Below, piece by piece: positions 1 through 9,432 of a stretch of 64,000 nucleotides of DNA. A program made the position numbers and the translations under genes. The stretch comes from a bacterium (GTDB lineage Bacteria; Actinomycetota; Acidimicrobiia; Spongiisociales; Spongiisociaceae), in assembly GCA_028821235.1 (NCBI GenBank), contig JAPPGV010000161.1, forward strand, positions 291 to 64,290, read 5' to 3'. Under the pieces are notes generated by a model. That model made no database searches. It had not been told where the DNA came from and worked only from the letters and a program-made list of their open reading frames with translations. Numbering within the stretch: position 1 is the first letter of the stretch; each line of letters starts with the position of its first letter.

Positions 1-50
1 TATCGATGCCTGCCGGCGAACCAGGTCGGCCGCCATGAGAAGAGGGATGG

Positions 51-1127
51 ATGAGGTACGCCGAGATCACCGGTTGGGGTAAGGCCCTTCCTCCGACCGT
101 CCTCAGCAACGCCGACCTCGAGCGGCTGGTCGACACCAGCGACGAGTGGATCACCTCTCGCAGCGGCATCAAGGAGCGCCGCATCTCCCACGTGGCCGCC
201 AGCGACATGGCCGAGTTGGCCGCTCGCCGCGCCATCGCCGCGGCCGGCGTCGAGATGGAGAGCATCGATCTCGTCATCAATGCGACCTGTACCCCCGAGT
301 CGATCATTCCCGCCTCCGCTTCCTACGTTCAGGCCAAGCTGGGAGCGGTCAACGCCGGCGCCATGGACCTCAACGCCAACTGTTCGGGGTTCGTATACGC
401 CTACGTGACCGCCGACGCCCTGGTTCGGGCCGGGGTCGCCGACACGGTGGTGCTGGTCGGCGTGGAACGGCTCAGCTGGGTGCTCGACTACACGGACCGC
501 GCCACCTGCATCCTGTTCGGTGACGGGGCGGGAGCGGTCGTCCTCCAGCCGACCGATACCGAGGCCGGAGTGTTCGGCTCCGAGTTGGGGGTGGACGGAA
601 ACATGGCCGATCTCCTGTCCGTTAACGGGGACGGCACCGTCCAGCCCGGCTCCGCCGTCACACCTCCCCGGATCGTGATGCAGGGATCGGACGTGTTCCG
701 GCGGGCCGTGACCGCCATGGCGGATGCTTCGGAGGCGGTGGTACACGAGGCCGGATGGGATCTCGACGACATCGACCTCCTCATTCCCCATCAGGCGAAC
801 CAGCGGATCATCGACGCCACGTCGCGGCGGCTCAGGCTGGATCCCGCCCGGGTCTTCCTCAACATCCATGCCTACGGGAACACCAGCGCCGCCACCATCC
901 CGATCGCGCTGACCGAGGCCATCGAGGCCAGGCGGGTTCCTCCCCGCGCCAACCTGGTGTTCGCGGCCTTCGGTGGGGGTCTCACGTGGGCGGCAGCCGC
1001 GGTGCGGTTCGGCGAGCGGGTCACGCCCGTCAGCGAGGTCGATGATGAGCTTCCCGGTACCGAGGAGTCGGTGTGGGACTTGCTGGCGGCCAACTTCGAG
1101 TCCTTCGGGAGGCTTGAGCTCGAATGA
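51..1127 (+). CDS. fabH: 3-oxoacyl-ACP synthase III (KAS III)
   Basis: 358-aa ORF with KAS III catalytic contexts NANCSGFVYA (Cys), HQANQRII (His), YGNTSAATIP (Asn). First gene of fabH-fabG-acpP-fabF. It has about 35 extra C-terminal residues. Confidence 0.9.
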   Translation: MRYAEITGWGKALPPTVLSNADLERLVDTSDEWITSRSGIKERRISHVAASDMAELAARRAIAAAGVEMESIDLVINATCTPESIIPASASYVQAKLGAVNAGAMDLNANCSGFVYAYVTADALVRAGVADTVVLVGVERLSWVLDYTDRATCILFGDGAGAVVLQPTDTEAGVFGSELGVDGNMADLLSVNGDGTVQPGSAVTPPRIVMQGSDVFRRAVTAMADASEAVVHEAGWDLDDIDLLIPHQANQRIIDATSRRLRLDPARVFLNIHAYGNTSAATIPIALTEAIEARRVPPRANLVFAAFGGGLTWAAAAVRFGERVTPVSEVDDELPGTEESVWDLLAANFESFGRLELE

Positions 1128-1858
1128 GCAGGCTGGCCTTGGTGACCGGTGGCTCCCGAGGGATCGGGCGGGCCATCTCTCTATCCCTGGCCGGCCAGGG
1201 CTACACGGTGGCGGTCAACTACCGGAGCCGGCCCGGGCCGGCCGACGAGGTGGTGGAGAGCATCGGAGAAGCGGGGGGCTCGGCAGCCGCCTTCCGCGCG
1301 GATGTGAGCCGGGCGGACGACGTGACCAGGCTGTTGTCGGAAGTGGAGGACAGGTTCGGCCGTCCGACCGTCCTGGTCAACAACGCCGGTACCACGGACG
1401 ACAACCTGCTGCTGCGTATGGAGGAGGCCGCCTGGGACCGGCTGCTGGAGATAAACCTGAAGTCCGTCTACCTGTGCAGCAAGGCGGTGCTGCGGGGAAT
1501 GCTGAGGGAGAGGTGGGGGAGGATCGTGTCGATCGCCTCCGTGTCCGGCCTGGTCGGCAATCCGGGCCAGACCAACTACGCCGCCTCAAAGGCGGGGGTG
1601 ATCGCCTTCTCCAAGTCCCTCTCCAGGGAGGTCGGTTCCAGAGGGGTTACGGTAAACGCGGTCGCGCCGGGCTTTGTGCTTACCGAACTGACGTCCGGTC
1701 TGCCGGACTCGTTCCTGGAGCAGGTACGCTCTACGACCAGCCTCCGCAGGATCGGCCGGGCCGAGGAGATAGCTTCGGCCGTGGCGTTTCTGGTCTCGGA
1801 CGGCGCTTCGTACATAACCGGCCAAGTTCTGGTCGTCGACGGCGGTCTCGTCCTCTGA
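1124..1858 (+). CDS. fabG: 3-oxoacyl-ACP reductase (SDR family)
   Basis: TGGSRGIGRA cofactor motif, catalytic Y-x3-K in NYAASKAG, NAVAPGF. The start overlaps the fabH stop by 4 nt. Confidence 0.85.
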   Translation: MSRLALVTGGSRGIGRAISLSLAGQGYTVAVNYRSRPGPADEVVESIGEAGGSAAAFRADVSRADDVTRLLSEVEDRFGRPTVLVNNAGTTDDNLLLRMEEAAWDRLLEINLKSVYLCSKAVLRGMLRERWGRIVSIASVSGLVGNPGQTNYAASKAGVIAFSKSLSREVGSRGVTVNAVAPGFVLTELTSGLPDSFLEQVRSTTSLRRIGRAEEIASAVAFLVSDGASYITGQVLVVDGGLVL

Positions 1859-1900
1859 GTCGGGACCCCGCAACGCAATCACATCAAGGAGACAAGCAAC

Positions 1901-2146
1901 ATGGATCGCTCGCAAGTTCAGGCCAAGATGCGGGATCTGCTCGTTGACGAGTTAGGCCTCGATGCCGACAAGATCACGGACGCGGCGACTTTCGAGGAGG
2001 ACCTCGAGGTGGATTCGCTGGGAGTGGTCGAGCTACTGATGGCCCTCGAGGACGAGTTCGGCGTCAAGATTCCCGACGAGGAGGCCGAGAACATAACGGC
2101 GGTGGGCGAGGCGGTCGATCTGGTGGTCGCCAAGCTCTCCTCGTAA
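1901..2146 (+). CDS. acpP: acyl carrier protein
   Basis: 81-aa acidic protein with the phosphopantetheine attachment motif DSLGVVEL; lies between fabG and fabF. Confidence 0.9.
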   Translation: MDRSQVQAKMRDLLVDELGLDADKITDAATFEEDLEVDSLGVVELLMALEDEFGVKIPDEEAENITAVGEAVDLVVAKLSS

Positions 2147-2168
2147 GAGGGTTATTCGGGGGTCGTCC

Positions 2169-3422
2169 ATGCGCGCGGAGGCCCGGAGGGTGGTGGTGAC
2201 CGGTATGGGCGCCATCACGCCGCTCGGTCACACGGTCGAAGACACCTGGAAGGCGGCCCTGGCCGGCGAGTCCGGGATCGGTCCTATCACCCAGTTCGAT
2301 CCTTCCGGCGTCCAGACCAAATTCGCCGGTGAGGTCCGGGGCTGGGATCCGGAACTCGTCATCCCCAGGAGGGAGGCCCGCCGGCTCGACCGCTCGGCAC
2401 AGCTCTTCATATGCGCTGCCCAGCAGGCCATGGACGATTCAGACCTCGACTTCGTGGCCGATAGTTCGGACTCCCACCGGGCCGGGGTGGTGGTCGGATC
2501 CGGCCTCGGGGGGATGCTGTCCTTCGACAACCACATCAAGGTGATGCTGGACCGGGGGGCTTCCCGGATCAGCCCGCTGGCGGTCACGATGATCATCCCC
2601 AACGAGGCGGCCGGGTTGGCTTCCATCCGCTTCAACATGCGCGGGCCGGTGACCTGCGTGGTGACGGCGTGCGCGGCATCGGCCAACGCCATCGGCGACG
2701 CCGCCGAGCTGATCCGGCGGGGCGCCGCCGATGTCATGCTGGCAGGCGGAGCCGAGGCCACCATCTGCGAATTCGGCATCGGGTCATTCAACAGCAGCAA
2801 GGCGCTCAGCACCCGTAACGAGGATCCGACCGGCGCCTCCCGCCCGTTCGATGCGGATCGGGACGGCTTCGTCATGTCGGAGGGCGGTGTGTGCGTGATA
2901 CTCGAGGATCGTGAACGCGCACTTGCCAGGGGTGCTCGGATCCATGCCGAGGTGATCGGGTACGGGATGACGTCCGATGCCCATCACGTGACCCTGCCCC
3001 GTCCGGGCGGGGAAGGGGCGGCGCGGGCGATGGAGGCTGCCCTCGCCTCGGCCGGAATGGAGCCGGAGCAACTGGACTACATCAACGCCCACGGCACCTC
3101 GACCAAGGCCAACGACGTCACCGAGACCCAAGCGATCAAGCTGGCTTTGGGTGAGAAGGCGGCCCGGGCCGTCCCGGTCTCCTCCACCAAGTCGATGACC
3201 GGACACCTGATGGGCGGCGCCGGCGCCGTGGAGTCGATCTTCTGTATCCAGGCGATCAACCAAGGGATCATCCCGCCCACCATCAACTACACCACGCCCG
3301 ATCCCGACTGTGACCTCGACTACGTTCCCAACGAGCCGCGCGAGGCGGAGGTGGCGTACGCCATGACCAACTCGTTCGGGTTCGGCGGGCACAACGTGGT
3401 GCTCATCTTCGGACCGGGCTAG
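2169..3422 (+). CDS. fabF: 3-oxoacyl-ACP synthase II (KAS II)
   Basis: Active-site Cys context ACAASANAIGDA, His motifs HGTSTKAND and GHLMGGAG, C-terminal NSFGFGGHN. Confidence 0.9.
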   Translation: MRAEARRVVVTGMGAITPLGHTVEDTWKAALAGESGIGPITQFDPSGVQTKFAGEVRGWDPELVIPRREARRLDRSAQLFICAAQQAMDDSDLDFVADSSDSHRAGVVVGSGLGGMLSFDNHIKVMLDRGASRISPLAVTMIIPNEAAGLASIRFNMRGPVTCVVTACAASANAIGDAAELIRRGAADVMLAGGAEATICEFGIGSFNSSKALSTRNEDPTGASRPFDADRDGFVMSEGGVCVILEDRERALARGARIHAEVIGYGMTSDAHHVTLPRPGGEGAARAMEAALASAGMEPEQLDYINAHGTSTKANDVTETQAIKLALGEKAARAVPVSSTKSMTGHLMGGAGAVESIFCIQAINQGIIPPTINYTTPDPDCDLDYVPNEPREAEVAYAMTNSFGFGGHNVVLIFGPG

Positions 3423-3426
3423 AAAA

Positions 3427-3948
3427 CTACTGACTGCGGCGGGCGCGCAGGGCGATGAGGGTGATCGCCAGGCCCACGGTGCCCACCAGCGACACCGCGG
3501 CCAGGGCGAGGAGCAGCCAGAGGACGAGGGGGATACGCCCCATCAAGGCGCCCACGCCGAGCGCCACCGCGCCCAGCACGAAGGTCGCGCCGGCTCCGAC
3601 CACCAGCCCCACCAGAGTCATGTCCCACAGGGATCCTCGCCGGCCGCGCTCGGCACCGGGCCGGTCGACGGCTTCCGTCTCCCGGGCATCCTGGGGGGCA
3701 GAGAGGTCACCGCCGGGTGTATCCCGGCTTTCCGACCTCCATTCCCTCAGGGATCGGTCGGCCAGAACCACCACGATCCCGACCCCGGTGGCGGCCACGA
3801 GCGCTGACACCGCTGCGACCAGCAGGACGGACAGGGTGTCGCATGAGCTATCGAGGCATCCCACACGGGCGACGGTCCCGCCGATGAAACCTCCGATCAG
3901 CGCGGCCAGCCCGACCGGCACCGCGAAGGTGTAGCGCAGGCGGACCAT
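3427..3948 (-). CDS. hypothetical membrane protein
   Basis: I trimmed the 369-aa track ORF to the internal ATG at 3948 (MVRLRYTFAVPVGLAAL...). The product has hydrophobic helices at both ends and a charged middle. The upstream part of the track ORF is Arg/Gly/Pro-rich GC-artefact-like sequence. Confidence 0.5.
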   Translation of the reverse strand: MVRLRYTFAVPVGLAALIGGFIGGTVARVGCLDSSCDTLSVLLVAAVSALVAATGVGIVVVLADRSLREWRSESRDTPGGDLSAPQDARETEAVDRPGAERGRRGSLWDMTLVGLVVGAGATFVLGAVALGVGALMGRIPLVLWLLLALAAVSLVGTVGLAITLIALRARRSQ

Positions 3949-3950
3949 CC

Positions 3951-4712
3951 TCAGTCGGGCTCGTCCAGGGGCCGGCCCGATCGGCTGTAGCCGGCCGCCT
4001 CCATGAGCCCCGGCGGGGTCACTTCGGGCAGGATCGATACGGACTTGCCCCGTCGTGGCTGCGGAGGCTCGGTGGCCATGCGGGCGTCCGGCGTCCACGC
4101 CAGGTAGGTGAGCACCGCTGAAGCCGCTACCAGCAACGCCGCCGCCCAGGGGACCAGTCCGAGCGAGGCGAGGACGCCCAGCGGCAGGACGCCCAGCCGG
4201 ACCACCCAGAGGGATCCGTTGAGGGCCCGGGCGTAGGCCCATCCCGCCACCAGCCCGAACCCCACCAGGACCCAGCCGCCGACCGTGACCTCGGGCGCTC
4301 CCAACCGGCCGGTTATGCCGGGTATCCACACCAGGCCGAGCGCCAGGACCGTGGCCACCGTCGGTACCCGGTCCGGCTTCACCGGATGGAACCACTCGTC
4401 GAGCGACCGTGTCCACGCCAGCCCGGCTCCCGCCGCGCCGGTCGACAGCGCCAGACCCCAGAGGATGCTGATCGGCGTCAGGAGGGCCGTCAGCGCCCAG
4501 CCGGCTCCGACCACGGTGAGCGCGATGCGGACCCATCGTCCTGGCGACAGGAGCATGGCCACCACGAGCACCGCGGCCTCGATCACGAGCCCGATGGTCA
4601 CCAGCGAGGCGGCGCCGGCTTTCCAGGGTGACGTTCCGAACAGGACCTGTGCGGCCCAGAGCAGCCCGCTCAGCAGGACGAGAACCGCGGCCAGCGGCAC
4701 CCTATACGGCAT
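3951..4712 (-). CDS. hypothetical polytopic membrane protein
   Basis: I trimmed the 451-aa track ORF to the ATG at 4712 (MPYRVPLAAVLVLLSGLLW...). Several predicted TM helices. Its stop lies 2 nt before the start of the downstream membrane-protein gene. Confidence 0.5.
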   Translation of the reverse strand: MPYRVPLAAVLVLLSGLLWAAQVLFGTSPWKAGAASLVTIGLVIEAAVLVVAMLLSPGRWVRIALTVVGAGWALTALLTPISILWGLALSTGAAGAGLAWTRSLDEWFHPVKPDRVPTVATVLALGLVWIPGITGRLGAPEVTVGGWVLVGFGLVAGWAYARALNGSLWVVRLGVLPLGVLASLGLVPWAAALLVAASAVLTYLAWTPDARMATEPPQPRRGKSVSILPEVTPPGLMEAAGYSRSGRPLDEPD

Positions 4713-4760
4713 GGTCCCATTCTGGCGCACCGCCTCCTCGAACAGAAGCCGACCGGTACG

Positions 4761-5303
4761 ATGACCGGCGTGGTAGCGGATTACGAGGGCGAGTGGCCCG
4801 GAGAGGCCGTCTTCTGCCCTGCTTGCGGGGGCGAGCTCGACCGGGCCGAGATGTACGGCCGGGAGCGAGGGGTGTGCCCGGACTGTGGCCGCATCGAATT
4901 CCGGGCCCCGCAGCTGGCGGCCGCGGTGCTCCTGCGGGACCATGCCGGCCGGGTGCTTCTGGTCGAGCGCGGGCCGGGCGCCACCCGGTCCGGGCGCTGG
5001 TCGATTCCGGCCGGCTACGTGGACTACGGCGAGGACGTGCGCGATGCCGCCGCGCGGGAGCTTCTCGAGGAGACCGGTCTGGTCGCGACGATAGGCCCCC
5101 CGGTGTTCGTGGCCACCAACTTCCACGATCCGGCCAAGGTGAGCGTGTGCATTTGGTTCGCGGGTACCACCACCGACGGGGAGGCGGTCGCCGGGTCGGA
5201 CGCCTCCGACATCGGCTGGTTCGCGCTGGATGACCTGCCCGAGTTGGCGTTCGAGACGGACACCGCCCTGATCGAGCAACTCCGCACCGGAGACGTGGTC
5301 TAA
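4761..5303 (+). CDS. NUDIX hydrolase with N-terminal zinc ribbon
   Basis: Nudix box GYVDYGEDVRDAAARELLEETGL, preceded by CPACG...CPDCG. Confidence 0.8.
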   Translation: MTGVVADYEGEWPGEAVFCPACGGELDRAEMYGRERGVCPDCGRIEFRAPQLAAAVLLRDHAGRVLLVERGPGATRSGRWSIPAGYVDYGEDVRDAAARELLEETGLVATIGPPVFVATNFHDPAKVSVCIWFAGTTTDGEAVAGSDASDIGWFALDDLPELAFETDTALIEQLRTGDVV

Positions 5304-5899
5304 CAATCAGGAGCTACTCGAGAGGCTTGGCGCCATCCTGCGGATCGTGACAGGCTGATCACCTCGCAATGGCGAGGCTTGTCCTGATGGAGCCGGCCCA
5401 GGTGCTGCTTGGTCAGCTGCAGCCGGGCTGCCTGGATCGGATCCTGATGGGACACCACCACGACCTCTTGCCCGGAGTGGCGATCGGCCAGGTGGTCGAC
5501 CGCTCTCCCGACCCGAAGGGCCAGTTCCGTAACCGACTCGGGAGCGAAGTCCAGCCCAACGGGGTCGTTCAGGTAGGCGCCTAGCTCCCCGGGGAAATGG
5601 ATGTCCAGATCCGCCCAGGGCAGGCCGGCCCACCTGCTCATCAACGCCCACTCGGTCACCTCCGGCAGCACGAGCGGCTCGAGCCTGTGCGGGAGGGCGA
5701 TGACCTGCGCCGTCTCGCGGGCCCGAGCCAGCGGCGACGCGTAGACGGCGCCGATCGGATGCGCTGCCAGATGAGTACCTGCCCAGGTGGCCTGGCGCCG
5801 CCCCCCTTCGCTCAATCCGAATCCGGCCAGGTCGGCGTACACGACCTGGTCAGGGTTGTCGACCTCGCCGTGCCTGACCAGATGCACAACCGATACCAT
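5300..5899 (-). CDS. histidine phosphatase (phosphoglycerate mutase-like) family protein
   Basis: Start placed at the ATG at 5899, which gives MVSVVHLVRHGE with the RHG catalytic motif. The longer track ORF (to 6043) adds non-homologous-looking residues. Confidence 0.75.
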   Translation of the reverse strand: MVSVVHLVRHGEVDNPDQVVYADLAGFGLSEGGRRQATWAGTHLAAHPIGAVYASPLARARETAQVIALPHRLEPLVLPEVTEWALMSRWAGLPWADLDIHFPGELGAYLNDPVGLDFAPESVTELALRVGRAVDHLADRHSGQEVVVVSHQDPIQAARLQLTKQHLGRLHQDKPRHCEVISLSRSAGWRQASRVAPDC

Positions 5900-6120
5900 C
5901 CATCCAGCGTACTGTCCGATCCGCTCCGGGCCTCCGCGCACCAGGAGGTTCACCCTGTGAATACGGTGTGAACACGGCGCGTGAGTCCTCCACGCTTTGC
6001 GACATGCTCGCGACTTCGTGGTCCCTGAACATCGTTGCAGCACGGGTCGGACTGCGGGCTACGCAGTGCTCCGGGCTTGCGTATACTGCATAGCGATGGA
6101 CACGGACCGGAGCAGCTTCG

Positions 6121-6453
6121 ATGCCATTGAATGAGCGGGAGCAGCAGATCCTCGACGAGATCGAGCGCCAGTTTCAAGCCGAAGACCCGGAGTTCACCAA
6201 ACGCACTTCCTCGTTGAACCGCATTCCCCAGTGGTATCTACGCGTAGCGGTTGCCGGAGTCGTGATCGGCTCGCTGGTCCTACTCGTCACCTTTTCCTTC
6301 AACACCGTGCTTGCGGTGGGGGGGTTCTGCGTCCTGCTGCTGTCGACGGCGACTCTGATCCGCATCCTCCGGCTAACGACCCGGGTGCCGGGTCAGCCGA
6401 TGCGGGATTTTCTGCCGAATGGCCGAAACTCCCGCTGGCCATTTGGGCGCTGA
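6121..6453 (+). CDS. DUF3040-like small membrane protein
   Basis: N-terminal PLNEREQQILDEIERQFQAEDPEF followed by two hydrophobic helices, the pattern of actinobacterial DUF3040 proteins. Confidence 0.6.
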   Translation: MPLNEREQQILDEIERQFQAEDPEFTKRTSSLNRIPQWYLRVAVAGVVIGSLVLLVTFSFNTVLAVGGFCVLLLSTATLIRILRLTTRVPGQPMRDFLPNGRNSRWPFGR

Positions 6454-6583
6454 GCGCTCGTACAGGTTAGGATTCGCGGACCCCTCGCGGCGGAGGCTTC
6501 GACCAATTGAGCTTGACATCGCAGTTGCCTCTGCCAGGTTGCGGGCACGGTACGACACGGCTTAAGAGACTCCGGTAGCACTG

Positions 6584-7102
6584 GTGCCCCGGAGATCCCA
6601 GGGAGATAAGTTGTTGCAAGAAGGCTTCAATTCCGAGGATGCCTCGAGACTGACCGGAGCCACCCCATCCCAACTTCGATACTGGGACAAGTTGCGCCTG
6701 GTGCAGCCCTCCATCCAGGGCACGGAGGGTCGTCCGGGGAAGCGGAGGAAGTACTCGTTCCGGGACCTGGTGATGCTGCGGGTGGTGGTCACGCTCAAGG
6801 CCAACGGTCTGTCGCTCCAGCGGATCGGGCGGGCTTGGAACTACCTGCAGCGCCAGGGGGTTGATCCGAGAGACGTGAAGCTCGTGACCGACGGTGCAAC
6901 CGTCTTTTCCGTTGAGACCGACAACTTGCTGGATCTCCTCCAGGAAGGTCAGCTGTCCTTCTTCATGGAGTTGGAAGAGCTGACCCGCAAGGTCGACCGG
7001 GACGAGACCCTGTTCGAGCTGAATCGAGACCAGTTCCTGCACCACGTCGGGAAGAGCCTTCAATCCGTCCAGGACCAACTCGACGAGGCTGTCGGGATCT
7101 GA
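6584..7102 (+). CDS. MerR-family transcriptional regulator
   Basis: N-terminal HTH FNSEDASRLTGATPSQLRYWDKLRLVQPS. Exact start uncertain (GTG 6584 or a nearby TTG). Confidence 0.7.
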   Translation: MPRRSQGDKLLQEGFNSEDASRLTGATPSQLRYWDKLRLVQPSIQGTEGRPGKRRKYSFRDLVMLRVVVTLKANGLSLQRIGRAWNYLQRQGVDPRDVKLVTDGATVFSVETDNLLDLLQEGQLSFFMELEELTRKVDRDETLFELNRDQFLHHVGKSLQSVQDQLDEAVGI

Positions 7103-7107
7103 GAGTC

Positions 7108-7374
7108 GTGCCTGGCAGCTACGTGGCCGGGCGAATGGGCACCATATTCGTCAGGGTGGCGGTCCACCATCCGTCGCTTGCGTGGGAAGCGGTCCGGTTG
7201 GCGGCGGCGACGGCCGCTCCCGGCTGGTTCAGGAAGGCTCCGTTCGTGCCCCGGCCCGAGCCCGGTTACCTCGACTGGCGCATGCTGACCGCCTACGGCC
7301 GGCCCGATGCCATCCCGACGGAGAGGGAGGTGGAGGAGTTCCTCCGGTGGCGCCGAGCCCTGCGCCGTTTATAG
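7108..7374 (+). CDS. hypothetical protein (88 aa)
   Basis: ORF with GC-rich third codon positions, starting 5 nt after the MerR gene stop. No motif recognised. Confidence 0.4.
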   Translation: MPGSYVAGRMGTIFVRVAVHHPSLAWEAVRLAAATAAPGWFRKAPFVPRPEPGYLDWRMLTAYGRPDAIPTEREVEEFLRWRRALRRL

Positions 7375-7435
7375 TTGGTAGTTGCTTGTTTCTAGTTCTT
7401 AGTATCAGAGAAGAACAACTAACAACTAGAAACTA
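7372..7435. terminator. AT-rich extended palindrome between convergent genes (putative bidirectional terminator)
   Basis: Three TAGTT units (7372, 7379, 7393) face three AACTA units (7417, 7424, 7431). Inner stem gttctt/aagaac (7395-7400 / 7411-7416). Outer stem gtttcta/tagaaac (7388-7394 / 7427-7433). Spans both stop codons. Confidence 0.35.
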
Positions 7436-8001
7436 GGTTCGTTGCCCGGCTTCCATTTGATGGAGCACCCCATGGAGGGATACTGCTTCTCGGTTAACTG
7501 CCGCTCCTCGAGGACGGCGTCAAGGGCGGCTCGCAAGTCCTCCCCGGTAACCGGTACACCCGACCCCGGCCGTGATCGGTCGAACTGTCCTCGATAGACG
7601 AGGGTCCGCTCCGGGCCGAAGAGGAAGAAGTCCGGAGTGCAGGTCGCCGTGTAGCTCTTGGCCACTTCCTGGGTCTCGTCATACAGCACCGGGAACCGGT
7701 AGCCGCGCCGGCGCGCCACCCTCCCGAGCAGGTCGGGCGCGTCGTCCGGATAGTTCTCGGCGTCGTTGGCGCTGATACCGACGATGGCCACGTCGGCTTC
7801 GGCGTAGTCCCGGCCGAACTCGGCGAGACCCTGCTGGATGTGGACCACGTACGGGCAGTGGTTACAGATGAACATGACCACCAGCGCCTTGCTACCGGCA
7901 ACGTCATGGAGGCTGAGCCGGTCGCCGCTCACCGTGTCCGGAAGGTCGAAGCCGGGCGCCGGGGTTCCCAGCGCGAGCATCGCGGATGTTGCTGCGGGCA
8001 T
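7426..8001 (-). CDS. thioredoxin-fold protein (AhpC/TSA-like redoxin)
   Basis: 191 aa; ALVVMFICNHCPYV motif and overall redoxin-like layout. Confidence 0.7.
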   Translation of the reverse strand: MPAATSAMLALGTPAPGFDLPDTVSGDRLSLHDVAGSKALVVMFICNHCPYVVHIQQGLAEFGRDYAEADVAIVGISANDAENYPDDAPDLLGRVARRRGYRFPVLYDETQEVAKSYTATCTPDFFLFGPERTLVYRGQFDRSRPGSGVPVTGEDLRAALDAVLEERQLTEKQYPSMGCSIKWKPGNEPSF

Positions 8002-8065
8002 GTCGGTTACCTCGATCTCAAGAGGTCGGCAAGGTTATCACGGGCGCCGACCGTCTCCGGCGCCG

Positions 8066-8572
8066 TCAGGCCGGCTCGGCCAGGAGGTAAGGGACCCACT
8101 GCGGGTCCCTGGACTTGCTCAGGGCGGCGTACAGCCATCCCTGGTAGCTGGGTGTGACCGGGGTCCGGGTTAGCTTGAGGCCGGCCTGCTCGGGCAGCCG
8201 GCTTCCCTTCCGGACATTGCAGCGCCGGCAGCAGGCCACCACGTTCTCCCACGTATGCTTGCCGCCCCGGGCCTTGGGCACCACGTGATCGAGGCTCTCG
8301 GCGGGCGAGCGGCAGTACTGGCACCGGTGGTGGTCCCGGGCAAAGACCGCAGTCCTCGTGAGCGGGACGCGGCGGTGGTAGGGGACCTTCACGTAGTCGC
8401 GCAGCCGGACCACGGAGGGGACCTCGAACTTGTGGTCCGCGCTCCTCCATACCAGGTTGGTTGCGGCCACGGTGTCCGCCTTGGAGCGCAGTACCAGCAC
8501 TATGGCGCGCCGGGCGCTCACGATGGAGAGCGGCTCGTAAGTTGCGTTCAGAACCAGTGCTCGCTCTGCCAA
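8066..8572 (-). CDS. HNH endonuclease family protein
   Basis: HHRCQYC...DHVVPKARGGKHTWENVVACCRRCNVRKG (HNH / Cys4 motif). Confidence 0.85.
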   Translation of the reverse strand: MAERALVLNATYEPLSIVSARRAIVLVLRSKADTVAATNLVWRSADHKFEVPSVVRLRDYVKVPYHRRVPLTRTAVFARDHHRCQYCRSPAESLDHVVPKARGGKHTWENVVACCRRCNVRKGSRLPEQAGLKLTRTPVTPSYQGWLYAALSKSRDPQWVPYLLAEPA

Positions 8573-8686
8573 CCGGATACCTCTTCAGCTCGGGGTAACC
8601 ATACCAAGCCGGCGGGGCTGCTTTCGGGCCCGCGGGACGTGTCCGGGAGGGCGGCTCGGAACGCCCGCCCCGGCTATCCGGTGTTG

Positions 8687-9136
8687 CTAACCGGACCCGG
8701 CGCAGGAGGCGCAAACGCCATCGATCTCGAAGGAATGGCCGGCGGCCGTGAATCCCTTCTCCTCGGTCGCCGCCGACACCAGCGAGTCGATTATCGACTC
8801 GGTGTGCTCGGTCAACTCGATGTCGTCGATGGTTCCACATGACCTGCATATCAGGTGGTGGTGATGCCCCATCAGCCACTCCGCCAGTTCGTAGCGGATG
8901 TTCCCGCCCCTGCCATGGTGGGGGACCAGGATGCCGAGGTCGGACATGGTCGTCAAGGTGCGGTATATGGAGGACATGGGCACCGCTTCCTCCAGGTCCC
9001 CGTGCAGATCCCGGGCCGAGCGTGGGCCGTCGGATTGCTGCAAGGCCTGGACGAGGAGACGCCGTCCCTTGGTATAGCGAACCTCGGCCGAATTGAGACG
9101 CAACATCACCTGTTGCTCGATCTGTGAGGTCGCCAT
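8687..9136 (-). CDS. Fur-family metal-responsive transcriptional regulator
   Basis: N-terminal winged-helix region, HHHHLICRSCG and C-terminal CASC metal-site motifs. Confidence 0.85.
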   Translation of the reverse strand: MATSQIEQQVMLRLNSAEVRYTKGRRLLVQALQQSDGPRSARDLHGDLEEAVPMSSIYRTLTTMSDLGILVPHHGRGGNIRYELAEWLMGHHHHLICRSCGTIDDIELTEHTESIIDSLVSAATEEKGFTAAGHSFEIDGVCASCAGSG

Positions 9137-9351
9137 GGGGTCCTCAGGGGATTAGCCGGCCGGTTCTCTCGGGTGGTGCCAGGCCGGAGCGACCGTTGCC
9201 GTTCCGCGTATCTTGACACCGGTTCTCATCCTAGCCCGCCGGGCTTCGGCCCTTCCCGGGCACCTTCTCCACGCCGGCCGGGCGGTACGCCCGGCCGATC
9301 CGGACGTGCATGACCCACCGATTTCCGGCTGGTGTCAATTTGTGTAAGAAT

Positions 9352-9377
9352 AGTGTCGTCGAGTGGGAGGAAGTGGT
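9352..9377 (+). promoter_or_regulatory. candidate MraZ operator (phased GTGKN repeats)
   Basis: GTGTC (9352), GTGGG (9363), GTGGT (9373) at 10-11 nt phasing, 56-80 nt upstream of the mraZ start and just downstream of the AT-rich stretch tgtcaatttgtgtaagaatagtgt. Confidence 0.35.
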
Positions 9378-9432
9378 AGACTTCGGATCCCAGTTCCCCT
9401 GATCGACAGCGGACGGTACTACGAGCGGAGCG

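Noticed and set aside
6454-6583. Possible small RNA or HAIR-type (HspR) operator upstream of the MerR-family gene; likewise the 296-nt fur/mraZ intergenic region as an sRNA locus.
   Set aside because: Apart from a TTGACA hexamer (about 6513) and the GTGKN repeats reported separately, I found no convincing inverted repeat (no CTTGAGT-N7-ACTCAAG), no terminator and no conserved structure. There is not enough to call a feature.
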